The translations under genes were made by a program, and so were the position numbers. From a virus, in IMG/VR virus record IMGVR_UViG_3300047476_001057, positions 62,630 through 126,629 of that record: DNA of 64,000 nt; one strand, given 5' to 3'. Shown one piece after another: positions 37,701 through 44,357 of this stretch (position 1 is the stretch's first letter; the number at the start of each line of letters is the position of its first letter). The notes beneath the pieces were generated by a model. That model had not been told where the DNA came from. It saw only the letters and a list, made by a program, of their open reading frames with translations, and searched no databases.

Positions 37701-38279
37701 TATTACAACGCCCTGATCCGTGGCTTGTATTACTATAAGTGGAACCTCTTTGCGGGTATGATTGGGAAAGATGATAGTGTATCACCATTCTATGCAAAGA
37801 AAGCTTACTACGCTGTACGTGAGATGGTTCTTGCTTCTATGCTTTATGTACTGGGTACCTTCCTCAACTCTCTGGTAAAACGCATGGACGATGATGAGGA
37901 TGACGCCATAGCTAAGAACATAGCTTACCAGCTCCTGGCTATTTATATAAAGACAGAACGTGAAACCCGTTCAATGGTACCGATGCCAGTAGTGGGATCT
38001 CTGGATGAATATATCAATCAGTTCACTGACTTTACCAACTTTGGTAGAGATATAACCAGGGTGGTTAAACTTACAGAGCATGGTCTTGCACTTGGTGCAG
38101 CCCAGGTATTTAACTCTGAGATGGTAGACAAAGCAGCGTACTACCAGAGACGTACTGGTATCTTTGACAAAGGAGATGCTAAGATTGTAAAAGACATCTA
38201 TGACGTCTCAGGTTTCATGAATTTTTATGAACTTTATAATCCTGAAGTGAGGGTAGAAGATGCCTTCAAGAGAAGATAA
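31746..38279 (+). CDS. Large polyvalent ejected protein with degenerate zincin and PD-(D/E)xK nuclease domain
   Basis: 2177 aa; EELLH at 32469-32483; GTFIH...GRVDIM...IVDLKT...QLGVY RecB-family motifs; coiled-coil body; hydrophobic C-terminal helices. Confidence 0.7.
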   Translation: MACQVFRNPKREIVKVVAPNGQPSNLYKDILARPEMQGNKEAALDAWLVAYTDDFKKVHGDWEKSPKTFKGVLDSNGEPVYNLVLPGAVYNLSDVAEQFAYQQEELERNFRFTSGLTLMSRDKAQRIADWVAKNNKYNSVKVSIRGVNDGSKIMYAVDIAEKPLKEIYKLQSQQAIELQKARVNQVINRLAVKFPKLETRWIRPEDLDQKDHAIDVSTVRGFVRDGVIYLVEGRATESVAIEELLHPFIESLFQDNLALFTGLFNKGKERYSDLWKKIQGAYLDSRGFTEADRKKELVTRVLQQVLQEDMNNPEKSFQELKSLLQRFFNWLSELLQEVFDIRTDGNIMIQAYNLPTKISYEELSEIINTKNVQLSTAVANANSYNTDGEMDNQELNSSKDRKLARVEEQMDIVRKVIGDLKKAKGTDAKIATLEKVLVNLNKYRQIIQNDEYTVSVTNLTGGGEIDNQQAYNDFKEFGTFIHFVLENVQKMSVESGKKVTTILTREMFDMLADSYPGEFNIVNLDRNQMYEMSQEMISYLQFYITGGYTLLPEISVVGKDRNDRNIVGRVDIMAIAPNGQVEIVDLKTKKVYTNAQTGLIFNKPYPVATTEQTDTTFSNTRRSVYDSWDTQLGVYERLYAQEGIPVGRKSVLVLVYRGDMVDVTDVNTPGQFQFEYSGYEFVNYSSDQRQNGTDLEKLNYANTERKVKRAVPVAGEVSEETKTSKEPIIFNLKDEEYNRLLTNLESIAAEEIKKIEKSLSQLDENNENDKKLRDYYKTRRESIRKIQDSFKKETWEPAYKLTAIMQFMSDNTAAMKQTAQDIANIKDPVEKARKLDDLKNKAVAFNYFLSDIRELLINLNDERNDKAINLLDNIQANIDYTIGVFNELGFNYLVDVLKSSMSPQTLEKLNAERAESIDPLINHLKKKLEKLKDQKEQGGSGNTISYSIWQGLSNMARTIAKVPIDTKNEIEALEVRIKSLELRKQGINLDDKSVRQYIQGILDKNSLYYIGSDSTVLTDFIAASSNADLGISGFANHLKFIEVRAKQLYVNFMEKNKFQTLYDKFRKGKTDIDKINAPISEVRDVTEYNAEGQPIVKRYRSFVDPVTEEYKNVFKKYYNDMRMLNKQIRETGDIDQKKDLARQKAALVQAHKTWRLENSQMPYVDEIYELDKFLPEQFKQKRDELYEEREAILAQVGLNEEEKLSEEDLESLAEIEIQLRKLKQETIEQNASYQEYIEKMEKYYSYEPNVFFFERIKSSKQIEYADDPVAFKKWMELNTYKTPKQEYYDTLADLYDTLYNLLPNNEATQELREKQRTILRAYKRNGYVDTRFLSAEDIKLYEEIEQQLAEIREGSGSIMSGLSREEKDAVREIFDELNSMTATFVNPYYDRDYSSRIEALDQKLFIYNEAKRKSEAASGAEKAQLERETIQALENFYEEEKEFEAWYNMNHDNVYESKLLGKPLNPAPKAFNFVRLPSDPNMMEVKPSPKYSIRKLKEEAFNKKYQETVDGFPMPRGMKSVDGVVKIEQTSKWVNPRYEQLTKETDNFDFYTQFVGQFIKMQDQTYGRNLGYFFPGFEETSLQIYKEKGFTEGFKKNFEIFKQKNFSASSIFDYSINEIASGNDTMVRMKFNRPINLNEAEATVDGIGSVIRWYEEAFINQAVGEAQPLVSSTLSYLNNLYKQLDQSNIADKETRKANLKRVIDSYTFEYEKIIKGETKLNEGNMGKMGDTLLKGIGFTRLGFDIANQIGNYFSGNVQTFLGGHKTGQYNNKNLAKAKQQFYSQDGLMASLLRDANKMSGFTFMTKMYLYFNPAQADLKNAYDKTRSTGQRIGQGALDLQPAFWIQDKGEIEISSTIWLAMMDNRRVKLVAERNPDGTVKSYQVNPDGSVKTVPAYEAYRTNAEGEVVIRDDADWTKDDEKSLMSAIFSEIRRTQGNYASADKTRAERGILGRFLVFYRKYLLPFVLNRFGARRDSTEAGEVAMGYYNALIRGLYYYKWNLFAGMIGKDDSVSPFYAKKAYYAVREMVLASMLYVLGTFLNSLVKRMDDDEDDAIAKNIAYQLLAIYIKTERETRSMVPMPVVGSLDEYINQFTDFTNFGRDITRVVKLTEHGLALGAAQVFNSEMVDKAAYYQRRTGIFDKGDAKIVKDIYDVSGFMNFYELYNPEVRVEDAFKRR

Positions 38280-38282
38280 AAG

Positions 38283-38310
38283 AAAGGGGCTATTGAGTAG
38301 CCCCTTTTTT
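38283..38310. terminator. Bidirectional intrinsic terminator between convergent modules
   Basis: aaa-GGGGCTA-ttgag-TAGCCCC-tttttt. Confidence 0.8.
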
Positions 38311-38481
38311 CTTTTTTAGAACAGTAATGGTTAGTAGTAATATACCTACACCAAACTCTATATCTATACCATCATATTCACTTTCAGTCTTCATATCGAA
38401 GGTCTCATGCATAATGATGTTTAAACCTAGTAGCAACTGGTATTTTGGTAAAAATGATATACTGATGTTATTTAATCCCAT
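38290..38481 (-). CDS. Small hypothetical protein (63 aa, hydrophobic C-terminus)
   Basis: ATG 38481 lies 2 nt after the upstream gene's stop; the longer ORF-track start overlaps that gene. Confidence 0.45.
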   Translation of the reverse strand: MGLNNISISFLPKYQLLLGLNIIMHETFDMKTESEYDGIDIEFGVGILLLTITVLKKKKGATQ

Positions 38482-38483
38482 GT

Positions 38484-38918
38484 TTATTGTTTTTCTGTAG
38501 TAAATGGATGACGGCCTAGGTAGCAGTCTTGCTCCCATCCCATATGTCTTTTGAGACCGTTAATATAACTCTGTATGTTGGTTGCTCCCACAGGGTTGTG
38601 TGAGTGTACACATACAGACTTAAGTACTGTATTATTCTGCTGGACATATTCTCCCAGCCAGCGGGCACAGTCTAGCCCGGTCTTCTCTGTATATTTTTCA
38701 TAGTCAGGATGCTGGTATCCTACCATAGCTACTTGGTTAAAGTAGTCATCCATGTGTTCCTTTGCCAGATCATGGTCAAAGGATATGAGATCTGGTATTC
38801 CATTCTCTGTAATCCATGCTACAAACTCATCGTAGTTTCTTACAACATACCACGGTTCATAACCAGAGATTGTAGTCGTTGGAGTGCGGACATCATCCAG
38901 GTAGAGAGCTTTCTTCAT
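38484..38918 (-). CDS. Cyclic-phosphate-processing receiver-fold protein
   Basis: LYLDDVRTP, ISFDHDL, TGLDCARWL and VHSHNPVG motifs of this family. Confidence 0.7.
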   Translation of the reverse strand: MKKALYLDDVRTPTTTISGYEPWYVVRNYDEFVAWITENGIPDLISFDHDLAKEHMDDYFNQVAMVGYQHPDYEKYTEKTGLDCARWLGEYVQQNNTVLKSVCVHSHNPVGATNIQSYINGLKRHMGWEQDCYLGRHPFTTEKQ

Positions 38919-39298
38919 AACGGTAAGGGGTTTTCTATAAGGTCTATACGTCTTTTAAGTTCCAGGTTTTCCTGCTGCAGCTGGGTAATCTGTATCATGC
39001 AGTTCTCTGTCACATTAGCCAGGCACTTAAACGCCTGCTCGTGATCTACCAGGGATAAGTTGACACCATGCATGGATATAATTTCACCTGCCAGGCGTAC
39101 AGTTATCTGCAGGTTGTGTCCAGCGGTTAATGTTTCATAAAGACCAAGCTTACCAGAGAGGGTAAAGTCTGCAGACTTGTTGACACCATGAATCACTTGA
39201 ATATCCAGGTTGTCTCCCAGCCAGGCTTTCATCTCATCATGAAGGAAGAACCTTGGTTTCTCCCCCGGCTTGTGGTCCTTCAGTATCTGGTCTATCAT
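38915..39298 (-). CDS. Hypothetical protein with C-terminal coiled coil
   Basis: 127 aa, 4-nt overlap with the downstream gene. Confidence 0.55.
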   Translation of the reverse strand: MIDQILKDHKPGEKPRFFLHDEMKAWLGDNLDIQVIHGVNKSADFTLSGKLGLYETLTAGHNLQITVRLAGEIISMHGVNLSLVDHEQAFKCLANVTENCMIQITQLQQENLELKRRIDLIENPLPL

Positions 39299-39452
39299 AA
39301 GGCGGTTCTAGTTTAGTATTTCCTTTGAGATGTGGTTTAGTGTACGGGCAATGACGGCATTTATTCCCACAGCAGGAACCACGCTTGACGTGGAACGCTG
39401 CTGTAAGAACTATCTTACTATCCTCTTTGTAGTAATCACTTGAAGTTTTCAT
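39237..39452 (-). CDS. DUF5522-like small Cys-rich protein
   Basis: DYYKEDSKIVLTAAFHVKRGSCCGNKCRHCPY; likely start ATG 39452. Confidence 0.65.
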   Translation of the reverse strand: MKTSSDYYKEDSKIVLTAAFHVKRGSCCGNKCRHCPYTKPHLKGNTKLEPPYDRPDTEGPQAGGETKVLPS

Positions 39453-39972
39453 GATACTTTGATTCCTGAACACCGGATTGTCCATGATACTTACTTCCAG
39501 CTTTTTGGTCATAGGTCTCCAGGATCTCTCCTTCAACACGTGCAAACTCTACCTGGCAGATCTTCATATTGGGATAGACTATCACTGGTTTGGTAGCTAC
39601 CAGTTCCAGGACCAGGCTTCCTTCAAAACCGGTGTCTATAAAGCCTGCTGTGACATGAATGAAGAGTCCCAGTCTTCCCAGTGAACTCTTGCCTTCTACC
39701 TTTGCACGAATGTTATTTTTTACACCAATGCGTTCATTACACGCATACAGATACACCTCACCCGGATGTAGTATGTATCCTTGTGGAGGAATAACAAACT
39801 CGTCTACTGGATTAGGTTGTCTTGGATCCAGTATATCACCAGTATAGCGTTTGAACTGTGGAGCCAGTGTAAGATCTACACTATTAGGATTTACATATTC
39901 ATGGTTTAATGGATCAATGATGATGTTACCAGCAGCAATCTCTTGCAGAATAGTCTTATCACTTAGTATCAT
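39436..39972 (-). CDS. dcd: dCTP deaminase
   Basis: NPNSVDLTL, EGKSSLGRLGL, IDTGFEGSLVLE, KYHGQ motifs. Confidence 0.9.
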   Translation of the reverse strand: MILSDKTILQEIAAGNIIIDPLNHEYVNPNSVDLTLAPQFKRYTGDILDPRQPNPVDEFVIPPQGYILHPGEVYLYACNERIGVKNNIRAKVEGKSSLGRLGLFIHVTAGFIDTGFEGSLVLELVATKPVIVYPNMKICQVEFARVEGEILETYDQKAGSKYHGQSGVQESKYHENFK

Positions 39973-40138
39973 TTTTCAAACGTTTTAAGATGTCTTCAAT
40001 AACAGCTTCCATCCAGAAGCCAAATGCAACTACAGCAAGTACACCCCATGCCATGGCAGTGGTACCACATAGATAGTAATCATACGCAGCAGCTGCTCCG
40101 TAGATGATAAACAATAAGATCATGAGCTTTCTTTTCAT
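39959..40138 (-). CDS. Small membrane protein (59 aa, not in ORF track)
   Basis: MKRKLMILLFIIYGAAAAYDYYLCGTTAMAWGVLAVVAFGFWMEAVIEDILKRLKNDTK; fills the gap and overlaps both neighbours. Confidence 0.55.
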   Translation of the reverse strand: MKRKLMILLFIIYGAAAAYDYYLCGTTAMAWGVLAVVAFGFWMEAVIEDILKRLKNDTK

Positions 40139-40380
40139 AGCCAGTACTTTTTTTCTAAGGGTTTAAAAGAGAATATCATCCTATCATAAGAAGGAAGCTT
40201 GCTGTAGTTATTTACTTCTTCAAAGATGTCTTTGTCTAGATTAGCCATTGACTGATCGTAGTCTTCTTGAATAATCTGCCTTCTAAATCTGGCTACTTTA
40301 CTGTTTCTAAAGCTTATAAAAAGACATATTGCAGCAAGAATCATGGTTACACTTAGAAGTATGATATCACTTGTTGTCAT
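40135..40380 (-). CDS. Small protein with N-terminal membrane anchor
   Basis: MTTSDIILLSVTMILAAICLFI...; C-terminal LPSYDRMIFSFKPL motif. Confidence 0.55.
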   Translation of the reverse strand: MTTSDIILLSVTMILAAICLFISFRNSKVARFRRQIIQEDYDQSMANLDKDIFEEVNNYSKLPSYDRMIFSFKPLEKKYWL

Positions 40381-41029
40381 AACCAAAAGCTTTGAGTGAG
40401 TGTTCAAAAGGATTACCGGGAATGTCTTGTACAAGCTGCAACATTTGCTGGGCTACCTCTCTTACTTCAAGCTGTGCATGCTCAGAGTTTCTGAGACCCT
40501 GAAAGTGCATAAAGCTTCTGAAGTTAAACTGTACGTCAGCTGCTATCTGTGAGTTGTAGGTCTTAAAGAACCTGGCGGATTCTTTGGCACGCTTGCGTCC
40601 TAGGATAGGTGTAAGCTCTTCCAGGCAGGCGTGATACATAGCATTACCCTGCATAGTGTAACCTTCCAGCATGTAAACCCATTGCTTTAATATTTTATCC
40701 GGTCCCTGGGTTTCATGACCCATGCTCCAGTCTACAGGAACATAGAACTTATCTTCTTTAAGTTCTTTGTAGCGGGCAGACTCTGCATTGACACTAAGTC
40801 CAATACGATGTTTGATTAGATGGATGTGGGTAGCAATATCTGTGTTGACTAAAAAGTGTAAACTGCTTTTTTCAAAAGGAGTATGGTGTCCGTCTTTAGC
40901 TAGCATCTCTAATAGTTTAGGCATGCGGTCTTTCTTGGCATCATAGTCCCTGGAGGTAGAGGTCCATGCAGACATCGCGTGTTCCTTGTCTCCCCCGTAG
41001 TATCCTAATAGTTCTACTGAGTTATTCAT
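40367..41029 (-). CDS. thyX: Flavin-dependent thymidylate synthase
   Basis: GHHTPFE, KHRIGLSVNAESARY, NFRSFMHFQGLRNSEHAQLEVREVA. Confidence 0.9.
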   Translation of the reverse strand: MNNSVELLGYYGGDKEHAMSAWTSTSRDYDAKKDRMPKLLEMLAKDGHHTPFEKSSLHFLVNTDIATHIHLIKHRIGLSVNAESARYKELKEDKFYVPVDWSMGHETQGPDKILKQWVYMLEGYTMQGNAMYHACLEELTPILGRKRAKESARFFKTYNSQIAADVQFNFRSFMHFQGLRNSEHAQLEVREVAQQMLQLVQDIPGNPFEHSLKAFGYDNK

Positions 41030-41483
41030 TGGTCATTGTAGTTTGGTGAGTGTCGATCCAGGCTTGTATGAGCCGGTCACATTTTTCTTTCCAAGTGTTG
41101 GACTGAACCTGTATCATGGGTACAGAACATCCACTAGCTTTAGCTTTGGAGAACTCTTCTGGATTATCATCCAGGTGCCACACGAACTTGGTCCCGTCTA
41201 AGTAGGTGTACTTCCACTCCATGCATGTAAAGCGTACATGATGCTTGGGTATGCCGAGTTTCTCTGCTACACCCCATACGTTAAAGTTGGGATCTCCATT
41301 GTGATTATCATAAATGAGGGCCCACTCTGCATCCGGGAACTTGTGGATCCACTTGTGCACGTGGTTGGCATCATAACGTGTGGTAACAATCCACACTTCT
41401 ATACCTCTTTTTATAAGTGACTTGGCATAGTCCTGGACGTCTTCAAACTCCAGAGTGCCATCAAAATCAAAACTTACTTTCAT
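41022..41483 (-). CDS. HAD-superfamily phosphatase
   Basis: SFDFDGTL motif I, IVTTR motif II, HLDDN motif IV. Confidence 0.8.
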   Translation of the reverse strand: MKVSFDFDGTLEFEDVQDYAKSLIKRGIEVWIVTTRYDANHVHKWIHKFPDAEWALIYDNHNGDPNFNVWGVAEKLGIPKHHVRFTCMEWKYTYLDGTKFVWHLDDNPEEFSKAKASGCSVPMIQVQSNTWKEKCDRLIQAWIDTHQTTMTNE

Positions 41484-41584
41484 ATAGTCTGGATTAAAAA
41501 CATCAGTATATTATACCATAAGTACATGGTAATACAAAAGATTGCAACCCAGGTTACTATAAAAGTCCAGTTATAGTTTTTCAT
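41480..41584 (-). CDS. 34-aa membrane peptide (not in ORF track)
   Basis: MKNYNWTFIVTWVAIFCITMYLWYNILMFLIQTI; its stop overlaps the next ATG (ATGA). Confidence 0.5.
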   Translation of the reverse strand: MKNYNWTFIVTWVAIFCITMYLWYNILMFLIQTI

Positions 41585-41855
41585 AGAGTAGGGTCTTTTT
41601 GTTACACTGATTAATTCTGTCTAAGTCTCCTTCTTTAATAGCTGAAAGTCTTAAGGCTGCTTCCAATTGAATAAGAGGACAGTAAGCCCTTGCTTTTTTA
41701 ACACAGGTGTGTTGAACAAGAGCAGCACTGATACCAAGCTTGTTAGCTGCTTTTTTATAGTTTTCAAAAACAGCTATCAACTGTTTCTTTTCAGGATCAT
41801 ACACTTTAACACAAGTGTTATCACCAATTTGGTTTACAGTAATTTTTTGATACAT
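41571..41855 (-). CDS. Stand-alone NUMOD1-like HTH protein
   Basis: KVYDPEKKQLIAVFENYKKAANKLGIS pattern. Confidence 0.5.
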   Translation of the reverse strand: MYQKITVNQIGDNTCVKVYDPEKKQLIAVFENYKKAANKLGISAALVQHTCVKKARAYCPLIQLEAALRLSAIKEGDLDRINQCNKKTLLYEKL

Positions 41856-41861
41856 ATTGTA

Positions 41862-41880
41862 CAGATTAATGTCCGGTAAA
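41862..41880 (-). promoter_or_regulatory. Candidate promoter, variant of TAnnTTTGTA
   Basis: Minus strand reads TCTATTTGTAGA in the intergenic gap; one mismatch to the other copies. Confidence 0.3.
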
Positions 41881-41923
41881 GTTAGAGAACTTTTTCCACA
41901 TCTACAAATAGAAAGTGGAGAAC

Positions 41924-42151
41924 TTATTGTTCCCCACTTTCCCAGTATATTTTTCTGACCTTATGCCCTAGCTCAAAGTCATTAGATGTTTCTTTAACTA
42001 CCTGTACAGGTACCTGTATGGTCTTGGTCTTATTGGTGTAACATTCTATACATAATTGACCGACACCTTCTATATATCCGTACCGCATATCAATATGGTC
42101 CGTAAAGTCATAAAGGGTCTCGTTGCCACACATGACACAACAATCTTTCAT
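41924..42151 (-). CDS. Small zinc-finger protein
   Basis: CVMC...YIEGVGQLCIECY. Confidence 0.6.
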   Translation of the reverse strand: MKDCCVMCGNETLYDFTDHIDMRYGYIEGVGQLCIECYTNKTKTIQVPVQVVKETSNDFELGHKVRKIYWESGEQ

Positions 42152-42163
42152 AGGTATTGATTT

Positions 42164-42409
42164 TTAGAGGTTTACAACATGGGCTGCTTCTCTAAACCTT
42201 TCTTGAAGGTCTTCCCAATAGCCCGGTTCATCATTATACCGATTACAAACTGTAACCAGTTCAGGGAAACCCAGAGCAACTTTAGCCCTGGTAAGTCTAT
42301 CTAGTTTGAATATAGCATCTATAAGTGCAGTGTATCCGCTGCCAGCCATTCCTTTCTTGTAGAATATGAACAGCTCTTCGGCTTGTGTAATAACAGGTTT
42401 AGTTGCCAT
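42164..42409 (-). CDS. Hypothetical protein
   Basis: Likely start ATG 42409 (MATKPV); GSGYTALIDAIFKLD...LGFPELV. Confidence 0.55.
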   Translation of the reverse strand: MATKPVITQAEELFIFYKKGMAGSGYTALIDAIFKLDRLTRAKVALGFPELVTVCNRYNDEPGYWEDLQERFREAAHVVNL

Positions 42410-42623
42410 ATAAATCAAGTTGATCTGCCATTGATCGGATTGTTCTACCCAGCATCTTAGCCAGGTTCTTAACTGCTTCTGGATCCAGGCTATTAAGCCA
42501 TTGATCCTGCTTTTGTTCAGGACAGTCTTCAAAGCAGGTAGGTTCTCTGCGTTCATCTTCATCAAACTTGTGGAAGATGTAGATGCCGCTGATGTTGCGT
42601 CTGTTTACATGTTCTATGCTCAT
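42399..42623 (-). CDS. Hypothetical protein
   Basis: 74 aa, overlaps neighbours in operon fashion. Confidence 0.55.
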   Translation of the reverse strand: MSIEHVNRRNISGIYIFHKFDEDERREPTCFEDCPEQKQDQWLNSLDPEAVKNLAKMLGRTIRSMADQLDLYGN

Positions 42624-43414
42624 AGTGTAATAATGTTTCCGTGTGAAGTAAGTCCAAGGTCAAACCTGCCGTCATAGACACAAGCTGCATTGGAATAAAT
42701 AGTAGAGACTTTAGAGTAGTGAGCTACTCCCTGGTTAGTATCTACACCATCCATATTATGAATGTGACCGAATGCTACAAGCTTGAGTGTATCTTTAAGT
42801 GCCCAGCAGCGTTTCATCAGTGCAGAGCATCCGCACATTTCTAGTTCACCATCTCGATTAAAACTCAGGTCACGTACACCTTTAGGTGGACCATGTGTAA
42901 TGAGAACATCAGTGTCTTCTGGTATCTGTTGCCAGACCAGGTTGATCTTCTCCCGCTTTTTCATAAAAGCCCATTGACCAAATGTAGGTGTGATGGGAGA
43001 ACCCCAAAACTTGATGCCGTCAATAGTAGTAGATGCATTCTCCAGGTATATAATACCTGCAGCATGAAAGTCTCCAGGTGTAACCATACGTCTCTCTATA
43101 GAGGTGTCATGGTTACCTGCTACATAGATCTTGTGTTTTACAGGTATAGACTCATACCAGGCAATAAAGTTTCTGACTTCAGGTTCATTGCGGTAGGGGT
43201 CCATCCAGTTGGAGCAGTCTCCTGAATGAATGACTACATCTATACCTTCAAAACGTTCATTAGGAAACATACCATGAAAACCATGGGTATCTGAGATGTG
43301 AAGAATCTTCATAGTTGGTTTTTTTTCTATAAGGTTGGATACCAGGTTTTCAAAGACCTGATTGGTTTCATACCTGGATCTGACATAATCAGCCAGGCGT
43401 TCTACAGGTGTCAT
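42620..43414 (-). CDS. Calcineurin-like metallophosphoesterase (core starts at ATG 43312; 34-aa extension)
   Basis: HISDTHG, IHSGD, VAGNHD, ITHGPP, FGHIH motifs. Confidence 0.85.
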   Translation of the reverse strand: MTPVERLADYVRSRYETNQVFENLVSNLIEKKPTMKILHISDTHGFHGMFPNERFEGIDVVIHSGDCSNWMDPYRNEPEVRNFIAWYESIPVKHKIYVAGNHDTSIERRMVTPGDFHAAGIIYLENASTTIDGIKFWGSPITPTFGQWAFMKKREKINLVWQQIPEDTDVLITHGPPKGVRDLSFNRDGELEMCGCSALMKRCWALKDTLKLVAFGHIHNMDGVDTNQGVAHYSKVSTIYSNAACVYDGRFDLGLTSHGNIITL

Positions 43415-43416
43415 AG

Positions 43417-43503
43417 TTAATTATTAAACATTCTTTCAAACAGCTTTCTAAGAAGATACTTACATGTTTCCCAAACAGTGATGATGATAAGGGCGTATAA
43501 CAT
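43417..43503 (-). CDS. 28-aa peptide (not in ORF track)
   Basis: MLYALIIITVWETCKYLLRKLFERMFNN exactly fills the gap with 2-nt spacers on both sides. Confidence 0.4.
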   Translation of the reverse strand: MLYALIIITVWETCKYLLRKLFERMFNN

Positions 43504-43505
43504 GA

Positions 43506-44357
43506 TTAAAAAATGTACCGGATACCAGCCGGGTTGAAGTATTCACTGTACAGGCTGGTAAAGTCCTGTACCATTTGTTTTTTCAGTTGCCACTGATACC
43601 TAATGTTATCAGGTGCATACTGAGAATCTTTGACTTCTTGGATGTCCGGACGCCAGATCAAATCACGCACTGGTTGAGAGTTACGTTCATGCTGGTGAAT
43701 GTTATGCGTTAAGAAGATGCACTCACTCTTTACTTCTATACCAGCAGCTTTGATCTGTTCAAACAAACCACGGTACTCGTCCAGCCAACCCTCTGCATAG
43801 ATAATAGGAGAAAAGTTGATATGCACTTCCATGTACTGCTGCAGTCTTGGAATCTGAGCTATACGTTCTGAGATCTTGTCTGTACCAGGTTCCAGTATAT
43901 CAGAATACTTCTGTGGCATCAGACTTATCCTAATACGGTGTTTGGCTGGATCCATATCATATGGCCATGGGTCAAACATACTTGGGTACTTGGTAGCAAA
44001 TGTACTTTTGGCTTTAGGGTTTACGTTGAAGTAGTCAAACACAAGTGACCAGTCATAGTACTTACGCATCAGCGGTACATCTGTACTACATCCAATGTCT
44101 ATAGTGTAATAAGTTGGATCTACTTGGTTAGGTATTTTGGGCCAGAGTTGCTTTTGCACCCATTGATCTACAGAGTCTATGATGGATGAGAAGTTCTCAT
44201 TGACATATACTTTGTCATGATTGTATCTTCCTACATAACAGTAAGAAGACATACATCCTCCGAGGCATCCGTATAGGAAGTTTGGACTGATGGCGTCTGA
44301 GCTTCTTCCGTTATCACGAGTGACTAACGTCTTGGTTTTTTGTTTTATAATCTGCAT
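43506..44357 (-). CDS. Spore photoproduct lyase-family radical SAM protein
   Basis: GCLGGCMSSYCY cluster motif; STFATK, RIRISLMP, VHINFSPII, ECIFLTHN and NIRY segments matching SPL-like proteins. Confidence 0.75.
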   Translation of the reverse strand: MQIIKQKTKTLVTRDNGRSSDAISPNFLYGCLGGCMSSYCYVGRYNHDKVYVNENFSSIIDSVDQWVQKQLWPKIPNQVDPTYYTIDIGCSTDVPLMRKYYDWSLVFDYFNVNPKAKSTFATKYPSMFDPWPYDMDPAKHRIRISLMPQKYSDILEPGTDKISERIAQIPRLQQYMEVHINFSPIIYAEGWLDEYRGLFEQIKAAGIEVKSECIFLTHNIHQHERNSQPVRDLIWRPDIQEVKDSQYAPDNIRYQWQLKKQMVQDFTSLYSEYFNPAGIRYIF

